Part shown: positions 1 to 9,769 of the stretch, piece after piece | Numbering within the stretch: the first letter of the stretch is position 1 | Layout of the letters: every line of letters begins with the position of its first letter | Assembly (NCBI GenBank): GCA_965224085.1 | Contig: CBDCYI010000004.1 | Coordinates: 192,001-256,000, forward strand | DNA: 64,000 nucleotides | Origin: Candidatus Marinacidobacterales bacterium | GTDB lineage: Bacteria > Acidobacteriota > Vicinamibacteria > Marinacidobacterales > SMYC01 | Direction: 5' to 3' | Notes under the pieces: model-generated | Database searches by the model: none | Told to the model about the DNA's origin: nothing | Seen by the model: the letters and a program-made list of their open reading frames with translations, nothing else | Program-made: the position numbers and the translations under genes

Positions 1-268
1 AGACCGAGCCGACGTTCCATACCGTTCCACCGTCCGCCGGAGTACGATTGTCGAGCTCCGCATAACCCACGCCGTCCGAGAAGACCATCTCTCCGTTCGA
101 GCCAACGGCGGCGGTGATTCCCGGCGCACCGGTCTCGTTCCGTACTTGCTCGAGATAGCGAACTATCGCCGATGTGCGGTCGTCCGCGCTCGTTTGGGCG
201 AGCACGAGAGTAGGCGCGAGCAGCAAAAGAATCGCGGGCGTCATCAAACGCGGGAGAATGCTGAACAT
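1..268 (-). CDS. Serine hydrolase (beta-lactamase class C-like), N-terminal part, runs off the window
   Basis: Hand translation from ATG 268 (GGAGG RBS upstream): signal peptide MFSILPRLMTPAILLLLAPTLVLAQ, then GAPGISAAVGSNGEMVFSDGVGYAELDNRTPADGGTVWNVGSV, which leads into the expected SxxK motif at the window edge. Not in the ORF track. Confidence 0.8.
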   Translation of the reverse strand, partial: MFSILPRLMTPAILLLLAPTLVLAQTSADDRTSAIVRYLEQVRNETGAPGITAAVGSNGEMVFSDGVGYAELDNRTPADGGTVWNVGSV

Positions 269-300
269 CTTCTTGTTCCTCCAGATCCAAAGGATAGACA

Positions 301-554
301 TGATGTATTGAACCTGCCCGGCCTTGAGAGCGTAGGTTACGCTGTCGCGGAAAAGTACGAAGACGCAGAGCCATAATCAAGGAGAGCAGGTCATGGCAGA
401 GTTTAGCCGATACGTGGGACTGGATGTACACAAGGAGACGATCGCGGGAGCGATGGCGTACGTTGGCTTGGTTGCATGTAAGTATTCGAGCGGCGGCATC
501 GACCACCCCGACGAGATCGCGGAGATCGACGCAAATGCTGATGCGGGCGTTTAG
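301..554 (+). mobile_element. Internally deleted IS110-family remnant (53-aa mini ORF at 393-554)
   Basis: AAGGAG RBS then MAEFSRYVGLDVHKETIAGAMAYVGLVACKYSSGG. The IS110 N-terminal motif YVGLDVHK is joined directly to a C-terminal-domain-like motif MAYVGLV..SSG. ACCTGC/GCAGGT inverted repeat in the leader. Confidence 0.7.
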
Positions 555-985
555 CCTGGGCCAAACACGAGAGTACCCCCGTCGTAGCGGATCCGAAGCT
601 CGTTGCTGGTGCGCGAGAACGAGACCGCGCTATCGAGCGCCTGTGTGTACTCGTCGAAGAAAGACGCCTCGCCGCAGAAAGCGCGGGTGCAGGCGAGGGT
701 TGAGATCTCGAGGCTGGTACCGTCGACCTGATAGCCGCCATTGCACTGGTTGCAGTCAGCGCGAACCGCGAGGTCCCCATCGACAGAAAACGTGGCGGTG
801 TAGCGTTCCGGGTCGTCGATCGTGACGGTGTTGCCGCCGTCTCGTTCGATGGATTGGAGCTGCCAGCTTCCGACCAGTGTCGTGACCTCGGTGGGGCCGG
901 CGGTGTCGTCGTCGCCGCCGCAGCCGGCGAGGGTGATACAGCAGAGGCCTAGTCCCAGTGCACGTAGCGTTGCCATGACAAACAT
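551..985 (-). CDS. META-domain (HslJ-like) lipoprotein
   Basis: Lipobox LAGC; LVGSWQLQSI, DCNQCNGGY and TLACTRAFC are typical META motifs. Confidence 0.85.
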   Translation of the reverse strand: MFVMATLRALGLGLCCITLAGCGGDDDTAGPTEVTTLVGSWQLQSIERDGGNTVTIDDPERYTATFSVDGDLAVRADCNQCNGGYQVDGTSLEISTLACTRAFCGEASFFDEYTQALDSAVSFSRTSNELRIRYDGGTLVFGPG

Positions 986-1050
986 CTCCTTCTAACTGAC
1001 GGGCACTGGGTAAGCCATACTAGCACGCTGCGGCGTGGAGGACGCCGCCG

Positions 1051-3552
1051 TTACTCGGAGCGCAGCACGACCGCCGGATCCAGGCGTGACGCGCGACGGG
1101 CGGGGAGATAGGAGGCGAGTCCGGCCGCCGCCACGATGACGAGCGTTACGACTCCATAGATTGCGGCATCCGTCGGTGCAATCTCGTAGAGATGCGCTTG
1201 AAGACGAGCGCCCGAGAAAGCCACCCCCGCTCCCGCGGCCACGCCGAGGAGGACCGGTCTCATTCCCCGTCGCAGCACGAGGCGCAGGACGTCTCGCGCG
1301 CTGGCACCTAAGGCGATCCTCAGTCCCATTTCGTGCGCCCGACCTGCGACGGCTTGGGAGACGACGCCGAAAACACCCAGAGTTGCCAGAACGAGGGCGA
1401 CGAGCGCAAACACGGTCACGATCGTCGTATTGAAACGCCAGGGAAGAAGCTCGCTATCGATGACGGATTGCATCGTCCGCACCCGCTCGACGCGAAGATT
1501 CGCATCGATCTCGGCGATCGCCAACCGAACGCGAGTGGCGGCGGCGAGAGGGTCACCTTCAGCTCGAACCGCGAGCGCCATTGGGACGAACCGCGACTGT
1601 TGGTATGGAATGTATACGTCCATTCGAGTGCCCGTCAGTTCGCGGTAGCGTGCATCCCCGACGACGCCCACGACGGTTTGCCACTCGGAGCGCCGGTTCT
1701 CGCTCCGATGACCCAGGGTGATGACGTGCTGTCCGATCGGGTCTCGATCAGGCCAGAGCTTTTCGGCGAAACTTTCGCTGACAATGACGACGCGCGGCGC
1801 GTTCTCCGTATCCTCGCCGGTGAACGTGCGACCACTCAGAATCGGAATCGCCATCGCGGAGAAATAGCCTCCGGAAATCGCTTCCCAGTTGACGCGCGGG
1901 TTTTGCTCCATGAACTGCAGCGAGGGTGCCGAGAAGTCGAGCTCTTCTCCTGTTTCGGGGTGGGTTCGAAAGACCGTGTCCCACGGTGGATTCTGGCTCT
2001 CCGCGACCCACCACAAGTCCCAACCAAGGGCACCCGCGGCGAAAGGTGGGACTAGTACCGCACCCGCGCGGGACACGCCAGAGAGCCCCTCGACGCGCTC
2101 GATCGAGCGCCGAATCAAAGACCGACTCTCCTCGACGGACTCATAGCTACCCGCGGGTCGTTTGATATCGAATAGAAGAAGACGCTCCGTTCGATAGCCG
2201 AGATCCGTATTCTTCAGATTGAAGAAGCTCTCGATCAAAAGCCCGGAAGCGACGACGAGTACGAAGGTCATCGCGATCTCGAAGAATACGAAACTCTGAC
2301 GCAGCCTCACCGATTCGGTGGAAACGCTCCCGCGCGCATCGGAAATGGCGACCGCCGGTGAACGCCGTGTCGCGCCGATGGCAGGGCCAGCGGCCACGAG
2401 CACAGCCGCCGCGCCCGCGGTCGACAAAGCAAAGAGGAGCATGGGCCAATCGATTCCGATTTGATCGAGTCGCGGCAACCCGGATGGGGCGAGCGCGAGT
2501 ATGGATTCGAGCGCAGTGTGAGCGACAAAGATCCCGAGGCCTCCACCGACGAGCGCCACGACGGCCGTCTCCGCGAGAATCGCGCGCGTTACGTGACGAC
2601 GCGAGGCTCCGAGCGCGGTACGGATGGCGATTTCCTTACGCCGTAACGACCCCCGGGCCAGAAAGAGGCTCGACACGTTGGCGCAAGCGATAAGAAGGAG
2701 CATCACTACAGTCCCTTGCAACACCCTGAGCGCCGAGCGCGTGTTGTCGCCCAAGAAATAGTCCAAGACTGGGACCGCGTGAACTCGTCGCGAGGCTGCC
2801 TCGGCGCGGTCGTTCTCCCGGTAGAGTTGCGGAATAAGTGCGTCGAGCTCTGCGGCCGCCGCTTCCACGGCAACCCCTGGTGCGAGGCGACCGACGGCGA
2901 ACAAGAACGAGAAGCCGCGACTCGGCCAGATGGGGTCTTCTTTCCGGAGCGGAGTCCAGAGCTTGGCACCGCTCGGAAACTCGAATCCGGGTGGCATCAC
3001 GCCGACGATCGCGCGGTCGCGCTGCTCCAACCGGATGCGGCGTCCCAAGACTTCTTCGTCAGCTTCGAAGATCTGTCGCCACGCCTCATAGCTCAGCACC
3101 ACGGCGTGATCCGACTCCGGCAGATCTTCCTCTGGCAGAAAGCCGCGCCCGAGAAAGGGCTGAACGCCAAGCATTTGGAAAAAGGAAGGAGTTACTTGGG
3201 CCGCCAGGACTTCGATGTGCTCACCCCCGTCTAGCTCGAGTCCGTATCGACTATGCGTCGGGGTGAACGCCGCCATGTCTTCGAAAGACGTGGTCCTTTC
3301 TCGCCAGTCGAAGAAATGGGGAAGCGAGATCTCACTGAACGGCACCTCGTCCGCTGGCTTTCTTTCATAGAGGACGTAGACTCGATCCTCGTCCAGGACG
3401 AGCGGCTCGAAGAGGACGGCATCGACAACGCTGAAAATCGCTGTTGCTGCTCCGATGCCGACGCCGAGAAGCAGGACCCCCGCTATGGAGAAACCTGGCG
3501 TGCTCGACAGCCAACGTAACGCGTGTCGAATCTCTTGGAGCAAAGCTTCCAT
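1051..3552 (-). CDS. ABC transporter permease, ADOP/MacB-FtsX duplicated type
   Basis: Real start MEALLQEIRHALR at 3552; LLIACANV, EIAIRTALGA, EMGLRIALGA and PARRASRLDP motifs. Confidence 0.92.
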   Translation of the reverse strand: MEALLQEIRHALRWLSSTPGFSIAGVLLLGVGIGAATAIFSVVDAVLFEPLVLDEDRVYVLYERKPADEVPFSEISLPHFFDWRERTTSFEDMAAFTPTHSRYGLELDGGEHIEVLAAQVTPSFFQMLGVQPFLGRGFLPEEDLPESDHAVVLSYEAWRQIFEADEEVLGRRIRLEQRDRAIVGVMPPGFEFPSGAKLWTPLRKEDPIWPSRGFSFLFAVGRLAPGVAVEAAAAELDALIPQLYRENDRAEAASRRVHAVPVLDYFLGDNTRSALRVLQGTVVMLLLIACANVSSLFLARGSLRRKEIAIRTALGASRRHVTRAILAETAVVALVGGGLGIFVAHTALESILALAPSGLPRLDQIGIDWPMLLFALSTAGAAAVLVAAGPAIGATRRSPAVAISDARGSVSTESVRLRQSFVFFEIAMTFVLVVASGLLIESFFNLKNTDLGYRTERLLLFDIKRPAGSYESVEESRSLIRRSIERVEGLSGVSRAGAVLVPPFAAGALGWDLWWVAESQNPPWDTVFRTHPETGEELDFSAPSLQFMEQNPRVNWEAISGGYFSAMAIPILSGRTFTGEDTENAPRVVIVSESFAEKLWPDRDPIGQHVITLGHRSENRRSEWQTVVGVVGDARYRELTGTRMDVYIPYQQSRFVPMALAVRAEGDPLAAATRVRLAIAEIDANLRVERVRTMQSVIDSELLPWRFNTTIVTVFALVALVLATLGVFGVVSQAVAGRAHEMGLRIALGASARDVLRLVLRRGMRPVLLGVAAGAGVAFSGARLQAHLYEIAPTDAAIYGVVTLVIVAAAGLASYLPARRASRLDPAVVLRSE

Positions 3553-3589
3553 GGATGGGTGTCCGCGCCGCGTTGAGTCGGAAAACGCG

Positions 3590-4234
3590 TCAGGCTTTCG
3601 TTTTCCTCGCGCGTGAAATCGCTTTCTTTCTCGCTGGGGGTTTCCTCTTCGCCGTCGCCTTCTTCTTCGCGCTCGCCTTCTTGGACGCAGCGCCTTTGCC
3701 CTTGGCGGCACGCTTCAGTTTCGCCACTTCTTTCTTCAAGGCGTCCACCTCGCTCTTTCGGGCCACGCCCGCTCACTTAACCCTAATCGCAAAATCTTCG
3801 AAGCACGAAAACGCGAAACAGCCGCACTGGGCGCAGGCGAGAAGCTCGTGCTGGGGCACCCGCTCGCCGCCACTATAGGTGATTCTGCACGGTGTATGCA
3901 GAACCTGGAAAAGGTGCTATTCACGGGGCCAAAGACCTCAGACACGGTGACGTTTATTTGCGATTAGGGTTAAGAGCCCTTGCGCCCTCGCGATCGAAGG
4001 CCGCTTCGATATTCGTGTAGGTCTCGTTCGCTTGCTTGTTGGCGGCCTTGACGGTGTCCTGGCCGTCGCCCGAGTCGGGATCAGGTCTTCATATTTTCTT
4101 GCCTTGCTTTACGAGGGTCTTGAAGAGCTTGTCGCCCTGCTTTTCCGCTTGGGCCAGTGCCCCGAGGCCGCGAGCCATACCTTGTTGGCGGAAGTCTTCA
4201 ATGCGCCCAAAGCGTCGTCTTTTTTCTTCGCCAT
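3590..4234 (-). pseudogene. PhaF-like phasin (polyhydroxyalkanoate granule-associated protein), frameshifted and MITE-interrupted
   Basis: Pieces across frames: MAKKKDDALGALKTSANKVWLA / GLGALAQAEKQGDKLFKTLVKQGKK / TYTNIEAAFDREGARALK*AGVARKSEVDALKKEVAKL, followed by a Lys/Ala-rich tail. Confidence 0.8.
3777..3973. mobile_element. MITE, 189 bp (3781-3969), perfect 13-bp TIRs, flanked by TTAA
   Basis: TTAA-CCCTAATCGCAAA ... TTTGCGATTAGGG-TTAA. Removing it restores the phasin reading frame. Confidence 0.88.
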
Positions 4235-4307
4235 AACGGATAGTGTACCGCGTCTCGAGCGTGGCGGCCACCTGGCGGCGACGGTTTCGTTAGAATGAGA
4301 CCCCACC

Positions 4308-4418
4308 ATGCTCCGTGTCGTTGCCCTCGGCGTCGCAATACTGATTTTGGTGCGCCCGTCACCAGCGGCGCAGGGGGTCGAGCGACGCGACGCGCTGGCG
4401 GCCAAAATCGACGAACCC
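4308..4418 (+). pseudogene. Orphan N-terminal signal-peptide fragment
   Basis: MLRVVALGVAILILVRPSPAAQGVERRDALAAKIDE, then runs into the antisense of the amidase fragment. Confidence 0.45.
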
Positions 4419-4880
4419 CCTTGGCCCGAGACTCCTGAAATACTTATTGATGTTGGCTTTGAACTCGTAATCGAGCACCCGCGTCGGAAGCTCGGAGAAG
4501 ACGTTGGCGTTGTCCATGCTGGCAATGTTGGCTGGGTCGATCACTTCGGCTCCCGCGGCCCTCATGTCTTCAATGGCCTGATCGAACACGGCTAGCACGC
4601 GTTCGTCGAAGCCAGGAAAGTTCCGAGGCCACGCCGATGCGCGCGCCTTTCAACCCATCCGGATCCAAAAACTGTGTGTAGTCCGCGTGGAAGTTGCCCT
4701 CGCTCGCGGCCGTCGCCTCGTCTCGCGGATCGACACCGGTGATCGCACCGAGGAGAGCGGCGGCGTCCGCCAGGGTTCGCGTCATCGGCCCGGCGGTGTC
4801 CTGTGAATGCGAGATGGGGATGATGCCGGAGCGGCTCCAAAGACCGACCGTGGGCTTGATCCCCACGATACCGTTTGATC
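4419..4880 (-). pseudogene. Amidase signature-family internal fragment
   Basis: NGIVGIKPTVGLWSRSGIIPISHSQDTAGPMTRT...LKGARIGV; frameshift near 4610; both ends missing. Confidence 0.85.
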
Positions 4881-4950
4881 GAGGACGGATAGCTATCACG
4901 CTGACGGTTAAGGCGAGCTAATCCGAAGAGAACGGTCCCAGAGTACTTCG

Positions 4951-6741
4951 CTAGCTCCCAATCAACGCTCGAAACCCGATATTGTCCAGAATAAGATTGC
5001 CTTTTTCGGTTCGGTCGAACACGAAGCGCACTTCGGTGATGCTCGCGACGTCGAGCTTGGATTCGGCTTCGATAAAATCCGAGAGAGGGAACGAAAAGCT
5101 TTGATAGACGGGCTCGGAGGTCTTCGAGCGATTGAATAGAGCGCTCTTCCGAACTTGCACGTCGATCTTGGGCTGTACCGGCGCGAAGTGGCTCAACGGC
5201 AAACGCGCCGTCACCCGAAAGCCGTCTTCGACTTCGAGCGCGAGGTCGATAGGTTCCTCGGCCGGCTCGCCTTCGCTGGCATCCGCGAGCGTGAAAACGA
5301 GCGCGTGGGCATCCGAGAGGTCGAGCCCGCCCGGGAGCGTCAATCGATAGACGGCCGTGCCGCGCTCGGTCACCTTCTCGTCGTCCCCTTCTTCCTCACC
5401 CCAACCCAAGTACACTCCGCTCGTGCCTTTGTCGTTGCTCTTGAGCTCGACGAGCGATTCGCGCCACGTCGTCAAGTTCTCGGCGGAGAACTCCCCCCCG
5501 GGAATGGACGTCGAGCGTAGGTCGAGATCTTCCTCGAAATCCGCGACGACGACGTGGGTCGAGTCTTCGTATTGCGTCAAGTAGATCGTGTCGGGAAGCC
5601 ACGCGCCGCCGGCGCGCGCGTCGCGGAACAGAGGCAAATAGCCGCGCTCCTCGTTGAGGCTGGCCTCGAAAAAAGCCGCGATGTAAACGCGCGCAATCTG
5701 AGCTTGATCCGGCTCGGGCATGATGTGCCGGAGGTTCAGAAAATTCTTCGACGGGAACGAGTTGTCGGTGCGCCCCCAAGTCGAGTTGAACTGACCGTGA
5801 TTCGCGCCGTAGACGTAGAGGCTCGACTTGAACCGAAAGCTCTCACCGGTGAGCAAGACGCGCTCGAACTGGCGCGAGCCGGCAAAGGACTGCACGTCCC
5901 CGTCATGCGAGCCGTGAATGACGAAGTAGTCGACATCCGTTATCGGTGTACCGCGCCCAGCTGGCTTGTACTGGCCGTCGACGGGTGCTACCGCGACGAC
6001 GCCGCGGATCGCAAAGTCGAAGTCGAACTCGATGTTCGCGTCGTCCGGGTAGAGGTCGAGCCGGTTGAACGCGGCCGCGACGGCGACCGCTTCTCCCCCG
6101 CGCGAGTGGCCGATGAGACCGAGGCGGTCCATGTCGACCTGCTCGAAGAAAGGGCCGTCCGCCGTCCTGTTCCACTGACGCCACTGTTCGAGATGCTTCA
6201 GCAGCAGGTAGCCGCGGGCGTCGTTCTCCGTCTTCAACCCGCGGCCGCGAATCTCGTCGAGACGCCCCGAGAACGAGCTGTTGATGAAGTTCTCGTCCAC
6301 GGATACGAGGATGATGCCCCGGCTCGCGAGAAGCTCGCCAAGATAGGCGTAGCCCGGGTCCGAGAAGTCCTCCATCGCGTGATTGCCATGCACGACGAGC
6401 ACGAGAGGAAACGGCCCCTCACCCGCCGGATACCATACGCGGCCTTGGAGCGGCAGATGCTCGGCGTCGAAGCCCCAATATTGTGCTCTCGCCCAACCCG
6501 AGCGCTTCTCCCAGCCTTCGATGAAAGCGGAGCCGTCTACCGGCTCGGTCACCAGATCGACGTCGGCGCCGAATTCCGGGCGGTGGCGGTCCGTGCCGCT
6601 GCCGTAGCTCAGCGTTTTGACGTCGTAGCTTCCCGGGGTGCTCGGATCGGAAAGCTCGATGAGCGCAAGTGCTTTAGCCGCGAGCTTCGCCGCATTGACC
6701 GGAGGCTCGACGGCAAAACCGGCACGGAAGAGCCCCGGCGC
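4951..6741 (-). CDS. Alpha/beta hydrolase, 5'-truncated
   Basis: HGNH, GHSRGG nucleophile elbow, GANHGQFN. The frame is open upstream of the listed start to 6741 (YGSGTDRHRPEFG) but has no native start and abuts the crcB fragment. Confidence 0.8.
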   Translation of the reverse strand, partial: APGLFRAGFAVEPPVNAAKLAAKALALIELSDPSTPGSYDVKTLSYGSGTDRHRPEFGADVDLVTEPVDGSAFIEGWEKRSGWARAQYWGFDAEHLPLQGRVWYPAGEGPFPLVLVVHGNHAMEDFSDPGYAYLGELLASRGIILVSVDENFINSSFSGRLDEIRGRGLKTENDARGYLLLKHLEQWRQWNRTADGPFFEQVDMDRLGLIGHSRGGEAVAVAAAFNRLDLYPDDANIEFDFDFAIRGVVAVAPVDGQYKPAGRGTPITDVDYFVIHGSHDGDVQSFAGSRQFERVLLTGESFRFKSSLYVYGANHGQFNSTWGRTDNSFPSKNFLNLRHIMPEPDQAQIARVYIAAFFEASLNEERGYLPLFRDARAGGAWLPDTIYLTQYEDSTHVVVADFEEDLDLRSTSIPGGEFSAENLTTWRESLVELKSNDKGTSGVYLGWGEEEGDDEKVTERGTAVYRLTLPGGLDLSDAHALVFTLADASEGEPAEEPIDLALEVEDGFRVTARLPLSHFAPVQPKIDVQVRKSALFNRSKTSEPVYQSFSFPLSDFIEAESKLDVASITEVRFVFDRTEKGNLILDNIGFRALIGS

Positions 6742-6900
6742 TCAGAGCTTCGCCGTCGCGCAAAAGCGCGAGCGTCTCATAGGCGAAAGTCGAAAAGGTC
6801 GTGAAGCCGCCGAGCACGCCGAGGAAGACGACGAGCCGAGCGCTCGGGCCGAAAACGCCCCGCGCATCGGCCATGCCGCCGAGCACTCCGATCACGAAGC
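6742..6900 (-). pseudogene. crcB: Fluoride channel CrcB/FluC fragment
   Basis: GVLGGFTTFSTFAYE signature; N- and C-terminal helices absent. Confidence 0.8.
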
Positions 6901-7009
6901 AAACCTTGGGAGCAAGAGACCCACTTTTTCGATCTCTTGCTCACGTGAACTGCCGGCTACACGTCGTGCTGAACCAGGTGTTTCGAGGAGATGCCCGCGC
7001 GATATGCCT

Positions 7010-7025
7010 AGCAAGTGACGTGCCA
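7010..7025 (-). promoter_or_regulatory. Sigma-54 (-24/-12) promoter
   Basis: Minus strand TGGCAC-GTCAC-TTGCT matches consensus TGGCAC-N5-TTGCW. Confidence 0.65.
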
Positions 7026-7119
7026 TGACACAAACCGCCCAAATGCTGATACTTGGGAATATGGAGTGGGTGGAATATCCTACGAACCGCGGCAGCCGCC
7101 GTTACTCTTTGAAACGAAG

Positions 7120-8082
7120 CTAGTCCGCCAACACTCGCTTGAGCGTATCTACGCTGACTTTCTTGCCGCTGACCACGAGCACGACCCTTTTCCCGCGCCA
7201 GGCATGGTTCTGCTTGAGCAAAGCGGCGATCGATAGAGCGGCCGCTCCTTCGATCATCATGTGGTGTTTCTCTACGGCAAGGCGCATCGCGGCGGCAATC
7301 TCGTCCTCCGCTAAGAGCACGAACGCGTCAATAGTTCTTTGGCAGATCGGAAACGTGATGGTGTTCGGATCGAGTCCGCCTGCCGTCCCGTCCGCGAGTG
7401 TCGGCTCAGAAGCGAGATCGAGGATCTTGCCCGCGCGTACGGACTCCGCCATGACGCGAGAATTCTCCGGCTGGCAGCCCACGACATGGAGCTCCGGACG
7501 GCGCGCTTTGATGTAACCCGCGATACCGGCAACCAACCCGCCGCCGCCGACGGGGACGAAGACGGAATCGACGTTTTCGAGCTGTCGTTCAATCTCCACG
7601 CCTATTGTTCCCTGGCCGCCGATGACCTTCGGATCGCTGTAGGGAGAGACGTAGACCAACCCTTCCCTCTTCGCAGCTTTCATCGCTTCGAGCTCACCCT
7701 GGACGGAATCCTGGCCGACGAGCCGCAGCTCGACCCCATAGGGCAAAAGCGCCTCCTTTTTTGCTTTCGCGACGGTCTCGGGTAAATAGATGACCCCAGT
7801 GCCTCCAAGTTTCAACAGTGCGTACGCCACGGCCGCCGCGTGATTTCCGGACGACGCCGTCACTACACGTTGGCGTTCATGCTCGTCGAGCGATAGGAGC
7901 TTGTTCATCGCCCCGCGCAGCTTGAACGAGCCCGAGAGCTGCTGGCTTTCGAGCTTCAAATAGACGTCGGCGCCGCTTCGCTCGCTGAGCTCGTGCGATG
8001 GTTCGAGCGGCGTTTCGCGAATATGGGGGCGGATGCGCTGCTCGGCGGCTTCCACCTCAGCGAGAATTTCTTCTTCGCGCAT
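7120..8082 (-). CDS. Threonine/serine dehydratase (PLP fold type II)
   Basis: SGSFKLRGA, SSGNH, PVGGGGL, EGAAA; start MREEEIL at 8082. Confidence 0.9.
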   Translation of the reverse strand: MREEEILAEVEAAEQRIRPHIRETPLEPSHELSERSGADVYLKLESQQLSGSFKLRGAMNKLLSLDEHERQRVVTASSGNHAAAVAYALLKLGGTGVIYLPETVAKAKKEALLPYGVELRLVGQDSVQGELEAMKAAKREGLVYVSPYSDPKVIGGQGTIGVEIERQLENVDSVFVPVGGGGLVAGIAGYIKARRPELHVVGCQPENSRVMAESVRAGKILDLASEPTLADGTAGGLDPNTITFPICQRTIDAFVLLAEDEIAAAMRLAVEKHHMMIEGAAALSIAALLKQNHAWRGKRVVLVVSGKKVSVDTLKRVLAD

Positions 8083-8128
8083 ATCGGCTATTGTAGTTAG
8101 AATATTGGATCTCAAGGAGGAAGTTAAA

Positions 8129-9760
8129 GTGTCGAATGCGATTCTCAATGTGCCAGCGCCGCGGAACGAGCCCGTCTACGACTACACGCCGGGAAGCCCG
8201 GAACGGAGCGCGCTCCAAGCCGCCACCAAGGACATGCTCGGTAGAGAAATCGAGATCCCCATCATCGTCGGGGGAAAGGAAATCCGAACCGGCGATTTGG
8301 GCGAAGTCCGCTGCCCTCACGACCACGCCCACGTCCTGGCCAAATTTCACAAGGCCAACACGCAGATCGTCCATCAAGCCGAGAAAGCGGCCGGCGACGC
8401 CTGGCACGAGTGGTCCGTCATGGATTGGCGGGCGCGCGCGAGCGTCGTGCTGAGAATGGCCGAGCTTCTGTCGACCAAGTACCGGCCGATCGTGAACGCC
8501 GCGACGATGCTCGGTCAATCCAAGACGGCACATCAAGCCGAGATCGACGCCGCAGCTGAGCTCATCGACTTTTATCGCTTCAACGCCCACTACATGCGGG
8601 AGATCTATGCCGGGCAGCCCGCCTCGAGCCCGGGCATATGGAACTACCTCGAGTATCGAGCACTCGAGGGCTTCGTGCTGGCGATAACACCTTTCAACTT
8701 CACGGCCATTGGAGGTAACTTGTCCACGAGCCCCGCGCTCATGGGCAACACGGTACTGTGGAAGCCAGCTTCGACCGCCGTCCTCAGCTCGTACTACCTC
8801 ATGGACCTCTTCAAAGAAGCGGGCCTTCCCGACGGCGTCATCAATTTCATCCCAGGCTCCGGTGGCAAAGTGGGTCCGCCGGCAATGGCCATGCCCAGCC
8901 TCGCCGGCATCCACTTCACGGGCTCGACCGAAGTCTTCCAGTTGATGTGGTCCACCGTCGGCGAGAACATCAAGAACTACAAGGTCTATCCGCGGATCGT
9001 CGGCGAGACCGGCGGCAAGAACTTCGTCTTCGCGCATCCGTCGGCCAATGTCGAAGCGCTCGTGGCCAATACCATCAGGGGCGCGTTCGAATATCAAGGG
9101 CAGAAATGCTCCGCGGCGTCGCGGGCTTACATCCCGGAGAGCCTTTGGCACGCGTTCAAAGAGCGCTGGATCTCGGAAGTCGCGACCGTCAAGTCGGGTG
9201 ACGTTACGGATTTTGGGAACTTCATGGGCGCCGTCATCGACAAACCGGCTTTCGACACCATCACGGAATATGTAGATTACGCGAAAGACTCCTCGGAGGC
9301 CGAGTTCATCACGGGTGGGAGCTATGACGGCTCCAAGGGTTACTTCGTCGAGCCCACGACCGTCGTGACCACCAACCCACACTTCAAGCTCATCGAGGAA
9401 GAGATCTTCGGCCCAGTGATCACGATCTATGTCTATCCGGACGACAAGTTCGAGGAGACGCTCGAGATCTGCGACAAAACGTCTCCTTACGGTCTCACCG
9501 GTGGGATCTTCGCCGACGATCGTGTGGCGATCGAAAAAGCGTTCCGCACGCTACGTCAGAGCGCGGGGAACTTCTACATCAACGACAAGCCGACGGGCGC
9601 GGTGGTCGGCCAACAGCCGTTCGGCGGAAGCCGCGCTTCGGGAACGAACGACAAGGCCGGCTCTGCCGGTAACTTGACGCGGTGGACGAGTATCCGCACG
9701 GTGAAGGAAACGTTCGTCCCGGCGACCGATTACCGCTATCCTTTCTTGGAGAGCGAGTAG
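8129..9760 (+). CDS. pruA: L-glutamate gamma-semialdehyde (P5C) dehydrogenase
   Basis: GTG start after AAGGAGG; PFNFTAI, ETGGKNF, YQGQKCSA, EEIFGP, QQPFGGSRASGTNDKAG. Confidence 0.93.
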   Translation: MSNAILNVPAPRNEPVYDYTPGSPERSALQAATKDMLGREIEIPIIVGGKEIRTGDLGEVRCPHDHAHVLAKFHKANTQIVHQAEKAAGDAWHEWSVMDWRARASVVLRMAELLSTKYRPIVNAATMLGQSKTAHQAEIDAAAELIDFYRFNAHYMREIYAGQPASSPGIWNYLEYRALEGFVLAITPFNFTAIGGNLSTSPALMGNTVLWKPASTAVLSSYYLMDLFKEAGLPDGVINFIPGSGGKVGPPAMAMPSLAGIHFTGSTEVFQLMWSTVGENIKNYKVYPRIVGETGGKNFVFAHPSANVEALVANTIRGAFEYQGQKCSAASRAYIPESLWHAFKERWISEVATVKSGDVTDFGNFMGAVIDKPAFDTITEYVDYAKDSSEAEFITGGSYDGSKGYFVEPTTVVTTNPHFKLIEEEIFGPVITIYVYPDDKFEETLEICDKTSPYGLTGGIFADDRVAIEKAFRTLRQSAGNFYINDKPTGAVVGQQPFGGSRASGTNDKAGSAGNLTRWTSIRTVKETFVPATDYRYPFLESE

Positions 9761-9769
9761 TTCCAGAGC

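Noticed and set aside
3553-3711. Arg-rich N-terminal extension of the permease in the ORF track
   Set aside because: It is an alternative frame of the Lys/Ala-rich phasin tail; the real start is 3552.
5554-6804. Long antisense ORFs (also 8057-9382, 26261-27769, 30993-32105, 44744-45796, 49126-50577)
   Set aside because: Shadow frames opposite well-supported genes in high-GC DNA; no motifs or RBS.
6900-7010. Fluoride riboswitch upstream of the crcB fragment
   Set aside because: I could not see the GGCGATGG-type consensus; only a generic hairpin is present.
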